A DNA stretch of 37,274 nucleotides, from the NCBI GenBank assembly GCA_964405365.1, contig CAYONR010000001.1, forward strand, positions 1,932 through 39,205, in the 5' to 3' direction. The notes under the pieces are model-generated. The model ran no database searches and had not been told where the DNA came from. It saw only the letters and a program-made list of their open reading frames with translations. The translations under genes were made by a program, and so were the position numbers. Shown here piece after piece: positions 18,271 to 27,378 of the stretch. Within the stretch, counting starts at the first letter, position 1, and each line of letters opens with the position of its first letter. This DNA is from an uncultured Halanaerobiaceae bacterium. GTDB lineage: Bacteria > Bacillota > Halanaerobiia > Halanaerobiales > Halarsenatibacteraceae.

Positions 18271-19755
18271 TTATTCTATTTCATTATACCATAATATTAA
18301 TGCTTCTTTAATTAAAGGATCTTCTTTCCTCTTAATCCCATCTAATTTATCATTAATATCTCCAATCTCATTTTCTAATAAATAACCTCGACCCCTTAAG
18401 TCTATTAATGAAACTAAAAAATAATATATTAACCAGGGATCTTCTCCCGTCTCAAGATTTTCAACAACAAAACTTTTAGCTCTTTTCCATTCTTCCTTTT
18501 GATTTAATAGTTCAAGCCAGAATCGAGCTAACCTATCAACTTTATTTTTATTTATATCACTAATAAGGCTCTCTAGAAATTCAGCAAAATTATAATTAAA
18601 AACTAATTTATCAGAATAATTAGGTGCTGCTTTTAAAATTTTATCTGCAATTTTTTCAGGATCATCTCTATTCTTTAATAATGAATATTTCAGATAGTCT
18701 AAAAATTCATCTAAATCAAATTTCTCTTCAAAATTATCTTTGAGTTTGCTTGTAATCTTCTTTTCTTCTTTTATTGACAAACTTTCAAAATAAGAAAAAT
18801 ATTCTTCTGGTTTAATTATATTGCGATATTTAATTAATAATCTCTTATATTTTATTATAAACCAACTAGGTATTATTGAAATAGCAAAAAATATAATTAG
18901 ACTTCTTAAATATAATTGTCTCCAGAAAAAACTATTATCTGTATTATATAATAAACGGTTTGGCGACATCAATTTAACTGAATCATTTATTATGCTAGCA
19001 TTATTTTTAGCCATTTCTATTAATTCTTCTCCATTATATTCTTCAGAACTTCTGGATAATATACCAGCTAAAAGCCCTGTCACTCTTGGAGCTGCAAAAG
19101 AAGTTCCTGCCTGCCGATAAGTAATAGTTTGAAATGAACTCAATCTACCAGGCAGATAACGAACAACATCTCCTGAGGCAGCTAAATCAACCATATTGTT
19201 ATAAGTAGCATAATCAGCCAAACCTCTTCTGCCACCACTAGTAATGGAAACTGTTGCATCATAGGCTGCAGGATAATATAAATAATCATCGCCACTATTA
19301 CCTGCTGCTGCAATTGTAGTAATACCAAGTTCTTTTAAATTTTGAAAAAGTTCTTCTTCAGCCTGATTACCATCCATAAAGGCCAGACTTATATTTACTA
19401 AAACTCTTTTATTTTGATTAACAACTTGTTCAAAATATATTTCTTCCAGAAACTCTTCAAATTGTTGTCGGCGTTCTGTCTGACTAATTGGTTGGAGCTC
19501 CATTTCTCTTATTATTAAATTGCTGGAACCAGAACTACTTTCTATTATTTCTCTTACCAGTTGCCCATGTCCAGGTCTTAATCGATAGGAATCTGGTCTT
19601 TCAATTCTATTGGTTGGGCCAAACATTGGGTTAAATCTTGCATCAATTATATAAACTATTACTGGCTTCTCTTCTTCTCTCTGAAATTCATAATATAATG
19701 CTAAAAAACCTGAAATCAATGTCATTACTAACAATAAAACTAAAAACTTTTTCAT
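18271..19755 (-). CDS. Membrane-anchored S8 (subtilase) serine peptidase with a C-terminal helical domain
   Basis: VYIID (Asp), GHG (His), AAAGN oxyanion Asn, YPAAY, GTSFAAP (Ser). N-terminal hydrophobic segment and a second TM near aa 285-302. Confidence 0.85.
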   Translation of the reverse strand: MKKFLVLLLVMTLISGFLALYYEFQREEEKPVIVYIIDARFNPMFGPTNRIERPDSYRLRPGHGQLVREIIESSSGSSNLIIREMELQPISQTERRQQFEEFLEEIYFEQVVNQNKRVLVNISLAFMDGNQAEEELFQNLKELGITTIAAAGNSGDDYLYYPAAYDATVSITSGGRRGLADYATYNNMVDLAASGDVVRYLPGRLSSFQTITYRQAGTSFAAPRVTGLLAGILSRSSEEYNGEELIEMAKNNASIINDSVKLMSPNRLLYNTDNSFFWRQLYLRSLIIFFAISIIPSWFIIKYKRLLIKYRNIIKPEEYFSYFESLSIKEEKKITSKLKDNFEEKFDLDEFLDYLKYSLLKNRDDPEKIADKILKAAPNYSDKLVFNYNFAEFLESLISDINKNKVDRLARFWLELLNQKEEWKRAKSFVVENLETGEDPWLIYYFLVSLIDLRGRGYLLENEIGDINDKLDGIKRKEDPLIKEALILWYNEIE

Positions 19756-21170
19756 AAATATCCTTTTTCCTGAAGCTTAAATATTGGGGATTTATCTTGA
19801 AGCCAGTCTTTATCAACTTTAGTCATTAATCTTTTTGCTTCCAGATTTGCATTGTTAATAACTTCATCTTCATCTGCTGGCAAAAACTTGTTATCTTTGA
19901 CAACAAATTTTCCAGAGATCATGACTGATTCTACTTCTTCACCTGATGCCGAATAGACTAAATTAGGAACTATATTTCTTAATGGTGAGTTTATAACCGG
20001 GTTCAGTGCTGGTGATTTTAAATCTATAAAAAGTAAATCGGCTTCTTTGCCTGGAGCTATTGAACCAACTTTTTCAGATATATTTAAAGATTCTGCTGCT
20101 TTATTTGTTGCAAACTGTAAAATCTGCCCTGCATTTAAATTAGTAGGATCAGAACTTTTAATCTTATTAAATAATGAAGTAAGTTTCATTTCATTAAACA
20201 TATTATTACAATTATTCCCTGGTGCCTGATCACTTCCTAATGAAATACGGTCAGATATTTTTAAAAACTCTAACAATGGAGGTACTAATCCATCAATAAT
20301 TCCTATACTACCTGAACAGATTGTCAATGCTGCCCCTGATTCTGCTAGCAATATCGTCTCTTCTGGAGAAGCTTCAGTTAAATGAACAGCTCTTAATTCA
20401 GGTCCTAAAAGATTATTTTTATGCAAAAATGGTATAGTTCTATCCCCATACCTTTTTTCGATCTGCCAGTCTTCTCTATCACCCTGGGCTACATGCATAT
20501 GAATCTGAATATCAAGATTTTTAGCCTGTTTATAGACTTCTTTCAATAAATCTAAGGAAACCATATCCAATGCCTGTGGACCAAAATTAAAATCCAACAA
20601 ATCATCACTTTTATATTTTTCAATAATATTCAAAGCAGATTCTAAATCTTTTTTACCTTTTTTGTAATCAAAATTATATAACTGACCAGGTTCAGCAGGA
20701 TTTTTTTGATCAAGCTCATTAATAGTTTTGGTAAGAACACCTCTTACTCCAAAGTCCTGACAGGTACTAGCAATTAAATCTATTTCAGAACCAAAATCTC
20801 CTAAAGTGGTAGTGCCCTTCTTCACAGATTCCATTATATTTAGTCTTATAGCCGCTTCTGCTGCTTCACGGTCAAGGTGTTGACTAAATGGCCATAATCC
20901 TAATTCCATCCAGTTATTTAAGTCTTGAGCTAACCCTCTAAAAATAGATATCTCAGTATGCATATGAGCATCAATCAAACCTGGCATTATCAATTTATCT
21001 TTGCCAGAAATATATCTATTAGCATTATATTTATTTAATGTCTCATCTCCTTGTTCTGCGATGAAAACAATTTTCCCATCATTTATACCAATGGAAGCGT
21101 CGTTAAGATAACCGACGCCATCTGCCATTGTCAGAACGGTCGCTCCATTAATGATTAAATCTATCATCAT
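19752..21170 (-). CDS. Amidohydrolase, MtaD/SsnA/atrazine-hydrolase-like
   Basis: MPGLIDAHMH (HxH), GTTT, HMHVAQ, AVH, LGSD, GSI.PGK.ADL. Confidence 0.9.
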   Translation of the reverse strand: MMIDLIINGATVLTMADGVGYLNDASIGINDGKIVFIAEQGDETLNKYNANRYISGKDKLIMPGLIDAHMHTEISIFRGLAQDLNNWMELGLWPFSQHLDREAAEAAIRLNIMESVKKGTTTLGDFGSEIDLIASTCQDFGVRGVLTKTINELDQKNPAEPGQLYNFDYKKGKKDLESALNIIEKYKSDDLLDFNFGPQALDMVSLDLLKEVYKQAKNLDIQIHMHVAQGDREDWQIEKRYGDRTIPFLHKNNLLGPELRAVHLTEASPEETILLAESGAALTICSGSIGIIDGLVPPLLEFLKISDRISLGSDQAPGNNCNNMFNEMKLTSLFNKIKSSDPTNLNAGQILQFATNKAAESLNISEKVGSIAPGKEADLLFIDLKSPALNPVINSPLRNIVPNLVYSASGEEVESVMISGKFVVKDNKFLPADEDEVINNANLEAKRLMTKVDKDWLQDKSPIFKLQEKGYL

Positions 21171-21190
21171 TTTAGCAAACCCCCTGGATA

Positions 21191-21334
21191 CTACTCTTCC
21201 TCTGCTTTTGAAATAATTATGCCCTCTTCGGTTTCTTGAATTAAAACATCATCTCCTGGTTTAATGTTAGCTGCCTCTAATACATCCTTGTCAAAAATTA
21301 TTTCTCCTCCAGAATTAATATAAATTGCAGGCAT
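21191..21334 (-). CDS. 47-aa AbrB/MazE/SpoVT-like swapped-hairpin protein (missed by the ORF track)
   Basis: Manual translation MPAIYINSGGEIIFDKDVLEAANIKPGDDVLIQETEEGIIISKAEEE*. GGGGGTG RBS, and a G.I.(IP)....L..GIKPGD.V.....GIII pattern. Confidence 0.75.
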   Translation of the reverse strand: MPAIYINSGGEIIFDKDVLEAANIKPGDDVLIQETEEGIIISKAEEE

Positions 21335-21397
21335 AATTCACCCCCAATCCAGGATAAACTTTCTTATATTTTTATAAAAATATCTTATCCTTGTTAT

Positions 21398-21426
21398 ATT
21401 ATATTCTAAACAAAAATTTAAGTCAA
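21398..21426 (-). promoter_or_regulatory. Near-consensus sigma-A promoter for the AbrB-like/amidohydrolase/S8 operon
   Basis: TTGACT-17 nt-TATAAT on the minus strand. Confidence 0.75.
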
Positions 21427-21462
21427 GTATTTTTAACAATATTGTCAATATTTTTTATTAAA

Positions 21463-22053
21463 TTATTTTTCTAGTAACTTTAGGTAATAATTGTTATTAA
21501 TAATTCTACTGAATAATGCTTTCAATCCTTTTTTGTTCAATAAATCAAGCAAATCTTTAGGTGCCAACCTATGTTCTAAACCAGGTCCTTCTGCTGTCTC
21601 TTTTTTCCTCCACTCTATAATTAAGAGACGCCCCCCATCTGAAAGCCATTCAAGATAATCATCTAGGAAGTTATTCAGATTCGGTACTTCGTGAAGAATA
21701 TTTGACATAATCATAAAATTAGCTTTTGATTTAATCTGAAATTTTATTCCAGTAGATTTGATACCGCTCTCAGAAACTAAAAATGTTTTAATATTATTAA
21801 TATTATTTTTTTCTACTCTAGATTTCAAGTCATTTAACATTTCTTGAGAAAGGTCAAATCCAAAAATATTTCCATTATCACCTACTATTTCAGCAGCTGG
21901 TAAAGTAAAAAAGCCATTACCACAACCCACATCAAAGACTGTCATCCCCTCTTTTAAACCAACAAACTTTAAAAGTTTTTTTGGTTTGAAGATTTCTCTT
22001 CTTTCTTCAGAAATTAATTTATCTTTATTCTTAGGGCTAAAAACATGAGCCAA
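21463..22053 (-). CDS. Class I SAM-dependent methyltransferase
   Basis: DVGCGNGFF motif I, FDLS..ML, LHEV, GG.LLIIEW, GP..EHR. TTG at 22053 preferred (GAGG RBS); the track starts at 22062. Confidence 0.88.
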   Translation of the reverse strand: MAHVFSPKNKDKLISEERREIFKPKKLLKFVGLKEGMTVFDVGCGNGFFTLPAAEIVGDNGNIFGFDLSQEMLNDLKSRVEKNNINNIKTFLVSESGIKSTGIKFQIKSKANFMIMSNILHEVPNLNNFLDDYLEWLSDGGRLLIIEWRKKETAEGPGLEHRLAPKDLLDLLNKKGLKALFSRIINNNYYLKLLEK

Positions 22054-22200
22054 AATTATCACCTCTCACTTTCTAAAATTTTTTGAATAATTTATTAAAT
22101 TTAATTATACTATAGATTATTACAAGAATAAAATTTGTCTACTCAAATAATTTTATATTAGGATATCCCTGGCTAATATTAAATAAAACTTTATTAAATT

Positions 22201-22237
22201 AAATTTACCCTGAATCTGAATAATCCAGGGTAAATTT
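22201..22237 (-). terminator. Terminator after etfA
   Basis: AAATTTACCCTG..CAGGGTAAATTT 12-bp inverted repeat. Confidence 0.7.
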
Positions 22238-22257
22238 TAATATTGTGTTATATATAA

Positions 22258-23439
22258 TTAAGCTATCTCTTCAATCAATTCAGGAATAATATCTTTTAAA
22301 TCTCCTATAATACCATAATCACAGATATCAAAAATAGGGGCTTCAGAATCTTTATTAATCGCTATTATATAATCTGAGTTTTGCATACCTGCTTTATGTT
22401 GAATAGCACCGGATATACCACAGGCAATATAGAGAGTTGGTTTTACTGTTTTACCAGTTTGACCAACCTGATGTTCTTTTGATATCCAGCCTTCGTCAAC
22501 TACAGCTCTTGACGCTCCAACTTCTCCATCTACAGTGTCAGCAAGTTTTTCTATTAAACTAAAATTATCCGGACAACCGATACCTCTTCCACCGGCTACA
22601 ATAATATTTGCATTTTCTAAGTCGATTGACGCTTTAGGCTCTTTAATAATATTTTTGATTTTAGTGATCATATTTTTTTCTTCAATATCAGACTGAAGTT
22701 TAATTATTTCTCCTATCCGATTATTATCTTCTTCTAATTCCATCATAACCCCTGGTCTAACTGTAGCCATCTGAGGACGATGTTCTGGACAAACAATAGT
22801 CGCCATCAAATTACCACCAAACGCTGGCCTGGTCTGAAGAAGTATTTCTTTCTCAGAATCTATATCAAGTTCTGTACAATCTGCAGTCAAGCCAGTATCA
22901 AGTCTAGCTGCTAATCTTGGGCCGAGATCTCTTCCATTATTGGTAGCTCCTAATAAAACTATTTCAGGCTTTTCTTGTTCAATTAAATCAGAAATAACCT
23001 GTGTATATGGCTCAGTCCTGTAATTTTCAAGTTCGCTATTTTCTAAGATATAAACATTATCAGCACCTCTGGCAATTAATACTTCTGCCTGATTTGATAA
23101 ATCATTTCCTGCTAAAACAGCAGTTACATCCGTCTCTTTCTTTTTAGCTAATTTTTTTGCCTCACCTACTAACTCTATAGATACATTTAATAACTCTCCT
23201 TCTCTCTGTTCAGCTAAAACCCAAATTCCTTCATATTGATTTAAATATGAAAAATCTTTTTGAGATTTAGTAATTAATTCAATTGCTTTAAAATTACAAT
23301 GATCGACACAGACACCGCATAATGTACATTTTTCTTCGTCAACTATAGCTATATTCTCTCTCATATATAATGCATCGTAGGGACATTTATCTATACAGAC
23401 TTCACAACCTACACAATTTTTCTCTTTTATTTTAAGCAT
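22258..23439 (-). CDS. etfA: Electron transfer flavoprotein alpha subunit with an N-terminal 2[4Fe-4S] ferredoxin domain
   Basis: Two CxxCxxCxxxC motifs, TGLTADCT, RPAFGGN, QVGQTGK, GISGAIQH. Confidence 0.95.
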   Translation of the reverse strand: MLKIKEKNCVGCEVCIDKCPYDALYMRENIAIVDEEKCTLCGVCVDHCNFKAIELITKSQKDFSYLNQYEGIWVLAEQREGELLNVSIELVGEAKKLAKKKETDVTAVLAGNDLSNQAEVLIARGADNVYILENSELENYRTEPYTQVISDLIEQEKPEIVLLGATNNGRDLGPRLAARLDTGLTADCTELDIDSEKEILLQTRPAFGGNLMATIVCPEHRPQMATVRPGVMMELEEDNNRIGEIIKLQSDIEEKNMITKIKNIIKEPKASIDLENANIIVAGGRGIGCPDNFSLIEKLADTVDGEVGASRAVVDEGWISKEHQVGQTGKTVKPTLYIACGISGAIQHKAGMQNSDYIIAINKDSEAPIFDICDYGIIGDLKDIIPELIEEIA

Positions 23440-23451
23440 CTAAAATTCCTC

Positions 23452-24237
23452 CTAAATTACTTTCTCTAATTTTAGATTATTAACTAATAATTTTACAGCA
23501 CTTTGAGTTTTTGAATTGTATATTTCTCCCTTTTTTTCATGGGTTGGCACAAAAGTATCTGCAACCTGTGTCGGAGAAGCATCAAGTCCTAGTTTTGATT
23601 CATCTAGATCAATATCATCTTTACTCCAATTTATAATTTTATCATGGTTATAAATTTCAATAATTCGTTTAATGCTTGGATATCTAGGCTGATTTATTGA
23701 TCCTAAAATAGTAACTAGAGCCGGTAATTTAGTCTCTAATTCCATTGATCCATCTTCTACAGCCCTACTAACAGATATCTTGTCATTATTAATATTTAAA
23801 GACTTAACATATGTAAGTTGAGGTATACTTAAATTTTCAGCTATCTGCGGTCCAACCTGAGCTGTATCACCATCAATAGCCTGACGCCCACATAATATTA
23901 GATCAACATTACCAATCTCTTTTATAGCCTGGGATAAAGTATAAGCTGTAGCCCAGGTGTCTGAACCTGCAAAGGCTATGTCTGATAATAAGATTACCTC
24001 GTCTGCTCCTATTGCATAAGCCTCTCTTAGAGCTTCTTTAGCCTGAGGAGGTCCCATAGTAATAGCAACAATTTCTGCCCCATTTTGTTCTTTAATTTTA
24101 ACTGCTTCTTCTAATGCATTCCTATCTTCTGGATTTATGATACTAGGAACCCCTTTTCTAATTAGAGTACCTTTTTCTTCATCTATTTTTACTTCATCAG
24201 TATCTGGTACCTGCTTTATACAAACAACTATCTTCAT
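23452..24237 (-). CDS. etfB: Electron transfer flavoprotein beta subunit
   Basis: VCIKQVPD, INPED, MGPP, AGSDT.AT, GRQAIDGDTAQVGP. Confidence 0.96.
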   Translation of the reverse strand: MKIVVCIKQVPDTDEVKIDEEKGTLIRKGVPSIINPEDRNALEEAVKIKEQNGAEIVAITMGPPQAKEALREAYAIGADEVILLSDIAFAGSDTWATAYTLSQAIKEIGNVDLILCGRQAIDGDTAQVGPQIAENLSIPQLTYVKSLNINNDKISVSRAVEDGSMELETKLPALVTILGSINQPRYPSIKRIIEIYNHDKIINWSKDDIDLDESKLGLDASPTQVADTFVPTHEKKGEIYNSKTQSAVKLLVNNLKLEKVI

Positions 24238-24255
24238 TATAATTATGCCTCCTTT

Positions 24256-25392
24256 TTATAAAACCGAGTTAGCTATTACCATCTTTTGAACTTCAGTTGT
24301 ACCTTCATAAATTTCAGTAATTTTTGCATCTCTTAATAATCTTTCGATTGGATATTCTTTCATGTAACCATAACCACCGTGCAATTGGATAGCTTTATTG
24401 GCAACTTCAGTGGCTGTTTCTGATGCATAATATTTAGCCATAGCCGCTTCTTTAGAAAACTTCTTTCCTTCGTCTTTAGTTTTGGCCGCTTTATAAACAA
24501 GGTTTTTAGCAGCTTCAATTTTTGTAGCCATTTCAGCAACTATCCATTGAAGTCCTTGGAATTTGCCGATTGGTCTTCCAAACTGCTCCCTTTCTCCTAG
24601 ATATTTCACAGATTCTTCTAAAGCTCTTTCTGCAATACCTAGAGCCTGAGCTGCAACACCAATTCTACCGCCATCTAAAGTTTTCATTGCTATTACAAAA
24701 CCCTGACCTTCTTTACCTAATAGATTTTCTGCAGGCACTTCACAATCTTGAAAAATTAATTCTCTAGTATCTGATGCATTAATGCCCATTTTCTCTTCTT
24801 TTTTTCCTAAAGTAAAACCTGGATATTCTTTTTCTACTATAAAAGAAGATATTCCTCTAGTGCCCTTTGATTTATCGGTCATTGCAAAGATTATAAAAGT
24901 ATCAGCCACCCCTGCATTAGTAATAAAAATTTTGTTGCCATTTAAAATATATTTGTCACCAGATTTCTCAGCTACAGTCTGAATATTAGATGCATCAGAA
25001 CCGGCATCAGCTTCAGTCAAAGCAAAAGCTCCTAATTTTTCTCCTTTAACCAGAGGTTTAAGATATTTTTCTATTTGTGCTTCATTTCCGTATTGATAAA
25101 TAGGTTGACAGCCTAAAGAAGTGTGAGCAGATAAAATTATTCCATGGACTGCACAGGCTTTTGAAAGCTCTTCAACAGCTAAAATATAACTAAGTGTATC
25201 GCCGCCTGCACCTCCTATTTCCTTTGGAAATGGAATCCCTAACATATCCGATTTAATCATTTTCTTTAAATTTTTAGATGGGAATTCTCCTGTCTTATCA
25301 ATTTCTGCTGCTATCGGCTTTATTTCTTTTTCTGCAAAATCCTTTACTACTTTCTGAATCATTTGTTGACTATCTGTTAAATTAAAATTCAT
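24256..25392 (-). CDS. bcd: Butyryl-CoA (short-chain acyl-CoA) dehydrogenase
   Basis: FALTE..AGSD, NG.KIFITN, LDGGRIG, REQFG, GGYGY, IYEGT.EVQ. Confidence 0.9.
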   Translation of the reverse strand: MNFNLTDSQQMIQKVVKDFAEKEIKPIAAEIDKTGEFPSKNLKKMIKSDMLGIPFPKEIGGAGGDTLSYILAVEELSKACAVHGIILSAHTSLGCQPIYQYGNEAQIEKYLKPLVKGEKLGAFALTEADAGSDASNIQTVAEKSGDKYILNGNKIFITNAGVADTFIIFAMTDKSKGTRGISSFIVEKEYPGFTLGKKEEKMGINASDTRELIFQDCEVPAENLLGKEGQGFVIAMKTLDGGRIGVAAQALGIAERALEESVKYLGEREQFGRPIGKFQGLQWIVAEMATKIEAAKNLVYKAAKTKDEGKKFSKEAAMAKYYASETATEVANKAIQLHGGYGYMKEYPIERLLRDAKITEIYEGTTEVQKMVIANSVL

Positions 25393-25412
25393 GATTTATC
25401 CCTCCAATAAAA

Positions 25413-25838
25413 TTAAGCATTTAGCATTATTTCTGCATTACCGGTCAATACTTCATCGTTTTTTTGATTAAAACATATCGTCTTTAATTTCAAAATATTT
25501 CTTTTTGGCTTTTTTTCAATAACCTCTACTTTAGCAGTGATAGTATCATTAATTTTAACTGGTTTTCTAAATTTCAAGTCCTGGGAAAGATAAATTGCGC
25601 CTGGACCAGGAAGTTTTGTTCCCAGAACAGCAGATATCAGACCTGCTGATAACATACCATGAACTATTCTATCTTTAAAAAAAGATTTTGCAGCATATTC
25701 TTGATCAATATGTACAGGATTAAAATCCCCAGTAATCCCTGCATAATTTGATACATCAGATTCTGTTATTGTTTTAGAAAACGAGGCAGTATCTCCTATT
25801 TGAAAGCTATCATAACTTTTCTTTTCCACAAACCTCAC
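25413..25838 (-). CDS. MaoC/PhaJ-type (R)-specific enoyl-CoA hydratase
   Basis: GDFNPVHID Asp/His dyad, HGML, LPGPG.IYLSQ.L.F..PV. The start may be the GTG at 25829. Confidence 0.9.
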   Translation of the reverse strand: MRFVEKKSYDSFQIGDTASFSKTITESDVSNYAGITGDFNPVHIDQEYAAKSFFKDRIVHGMLSAGLISAVLGTKLPGPGAIYLSQDLKFRKPVKINDTITAKVEVIEKKPKRNILKLKTICFNQKNDEVLTGNAEIMLNA

Positions 25839-25858
25839 CCCTTCAATGAATTAATTTA

Positions 25859-25876
25859 TAGTGAATTTCTTCACTT
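25859..25876. promoter_or_regulatory. Putative Rex operator 1
   Basis: TAGTGAA-TTTC-TTCACTT versus the Rex consensus TTGTGAA-N4-TTCACAA. Confidence 0.6.
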
Positions 25877-25933
25877 TATTAAATAAAAAAATAAACTTCT
25901 CTAAATCTTCAAAACTAATACGTCAGACTCTTG

Positions 25934-25951
25934 TTGTGAAAATTTTAACTT
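25934..25951. promoter_or_regulatory. Putative Rex operator 2
   Basis: TTGTGAA-AATT-TTAACTT, immediately downstream of the predicted -10. Confidence 0.6.
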
Positions 25952-25959
25952 CTATGCTT

Positions 25960-25989
25960 ATCATATCACAATATATACAGAAATTTCAA
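25960..25989 (-). promoter_or_regulatory. Promoter of maoC-bcd-etfBA
   Basis: TTGAAA-18 nt-TATGAT with an extended -10 TG. Confidence 0.55.
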
Positions 25990-26062
25990 CAATTCAGATG
26001 AAGTAAAAATCTTAAGATAATTAAGATAATAGAAAGTTTAAATAAACAATTTAATTATCAAC

Positions 26063-27034
26063 TCATTGATTCTCTTTTATATATTTTAGTGAAGGAGTTT
26101 CTGCAATCATTTCAGCTGAATGAACTGAATCTAAAATCGCTTCAGAAATAACTTCAGATGCTTTATTACCAAGTAAAGAAAGATTAATTTTTTTATCACC
26201 AGTTGAAATAGCATAAACAGTATCTCCATCAAGCATAGTATGAACCGGTGAAAGACTTCTTGCCAGCCCATTCTGCCCTAATTCTGCTATTTTTTTTGCC
26301 TGAGTTTTGTTCAAGTGAGCATCAGTAGCCAGAACTACAAGAGTTGTATTCTCTATACTAAACTCTTTATCTTTATTTACATTATTATTTTCCAGAACTT
26401 TCATTGTATCTAAAAACTCTTTATTTTTTCTATCATAGGCTCCCGCTATTATATTGCCAGTATGCTGACATCTTATGTCACCAAAAGTATTTAATACTAC
26501 AAGTGCTCCTAAGCTAACTCCACTGGAAAATTGGTAATAAGCAGTTCCAACACCTGATTTCATCATATAATCAGGGCCTTTAACCTTACCAATAGTAGCG
26601 CCAATCCCTGCGCCAATATTACCTCTTTTCAACTCTGTTGAAGAAGCTGATTTACAGGCAGAATATGCCTGACTTGCATCTGGCCAACCAGGCTCGCCTA
26701 TTAAAAAATCAAAAATAACTGCTGCTGGAACTATTGGGACAGGTAATATTCCTGTATCAAAGCCGACCCTCTGCTCTCTTAAATACTTCATTACACCTGC
26801 AGCTGCATCTAGTCCAAATGCACTCCCGCCGGTTAAAAGTATACCATGAATTTTATCAACTGCTTTCTCTGGAGCCAAAAGAGCAGATTCTCTACTGCCA
26901 GGTGCTCCTCCTCTAATATCTACTCCTGCAGTTGCGCCCTTTCTTTCAGCTAGAATAACCGTGCACCCGGTCAGTTTATCATCAATCTGGGCATGACCAA
27001 CTTTTATTCCAGGTACATCAACAATTGATTTCAT
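26063..27034 (-). CDS. P1/DmpA (S58) family peptidase
   Basis: DVPGIKVGH, TGCTVIL, RGGAPG.RE, LTGGSAFGL, G.IGAG.GA, NTTLVV.AT.A, H...DGD. Confidence 0.9.
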   Translation of the reverse strand: MKSIVDVPGIKVGHAQIDDKLTGCTVILAERKGATAGVDIRGGAPGSRESALLAPEKAVDKIHGILLTGGSAFGLDAAAGVMKYLREQRVGFDTGILPVPIVPAAVIFDFLIGEPGWPDASQAYSACKSASSTELKRGNIGAGIGATIGKVKGPDYMMKSGVGTAYYQFSSGVSLGALVVLNTFGDIRCQHTGNIIAGAYDRKNKEFLDTMKVLENNNVNKDKEFSIENTTLVVLATDAHLNKTQAKKIAELGQNGLARSLSPVHTMLDGDTVYAISTGDKKINLSLLGNKASEVISEAILDSVHSAEMIAETPSLKYIKENQ

Positions 27035-27063
27035 TATTTCGCCTCCCAGATATTCAGGATTAT

Positions 27064-27378
27064 TTAATCAGAACTACTCAAAACAAAAAAGTTTCCAAAA
27101 ACACCAATTGTTTTTGAGCTTTCATCTCCATTTAAATCTGAAATTTCTGTTTCATAAATACTAAAGATTACATAGTTATCTCTATTAGTTGCACTTCTAA
27201 TCATAGGTTCTCCAACGAAATTAGTAATTAACCTCTCTAATTGACTTGATGAATCTTCTCTAGACTGCTCTGCTACCCAGTTTACATAATCATCTAATCC
27301 TGGATTCGTTACAGCCATTAATATCATTACTACAAGAATTAATAAAATTAAAAATTGACTGGTTTTCATTAAAATCAC
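27064..27378 (-). CDS. Small membrane-anchored protein, DUF4359-like
   Basis: N-terminal TM, then TNP...Y..W, T.R.NY.IFSIY, TIGVFGNF. Confidence 0.6.
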   Translation of the reverse strand: MILMKTSQFLILLILVVMILMAVTNPGLDDYVNWVAEQSREDSSSQLERLITNFVGEPMIRSATNRDNYVIFSIYETEISDLNGDESSKTIGVFGNFFVLSSSD

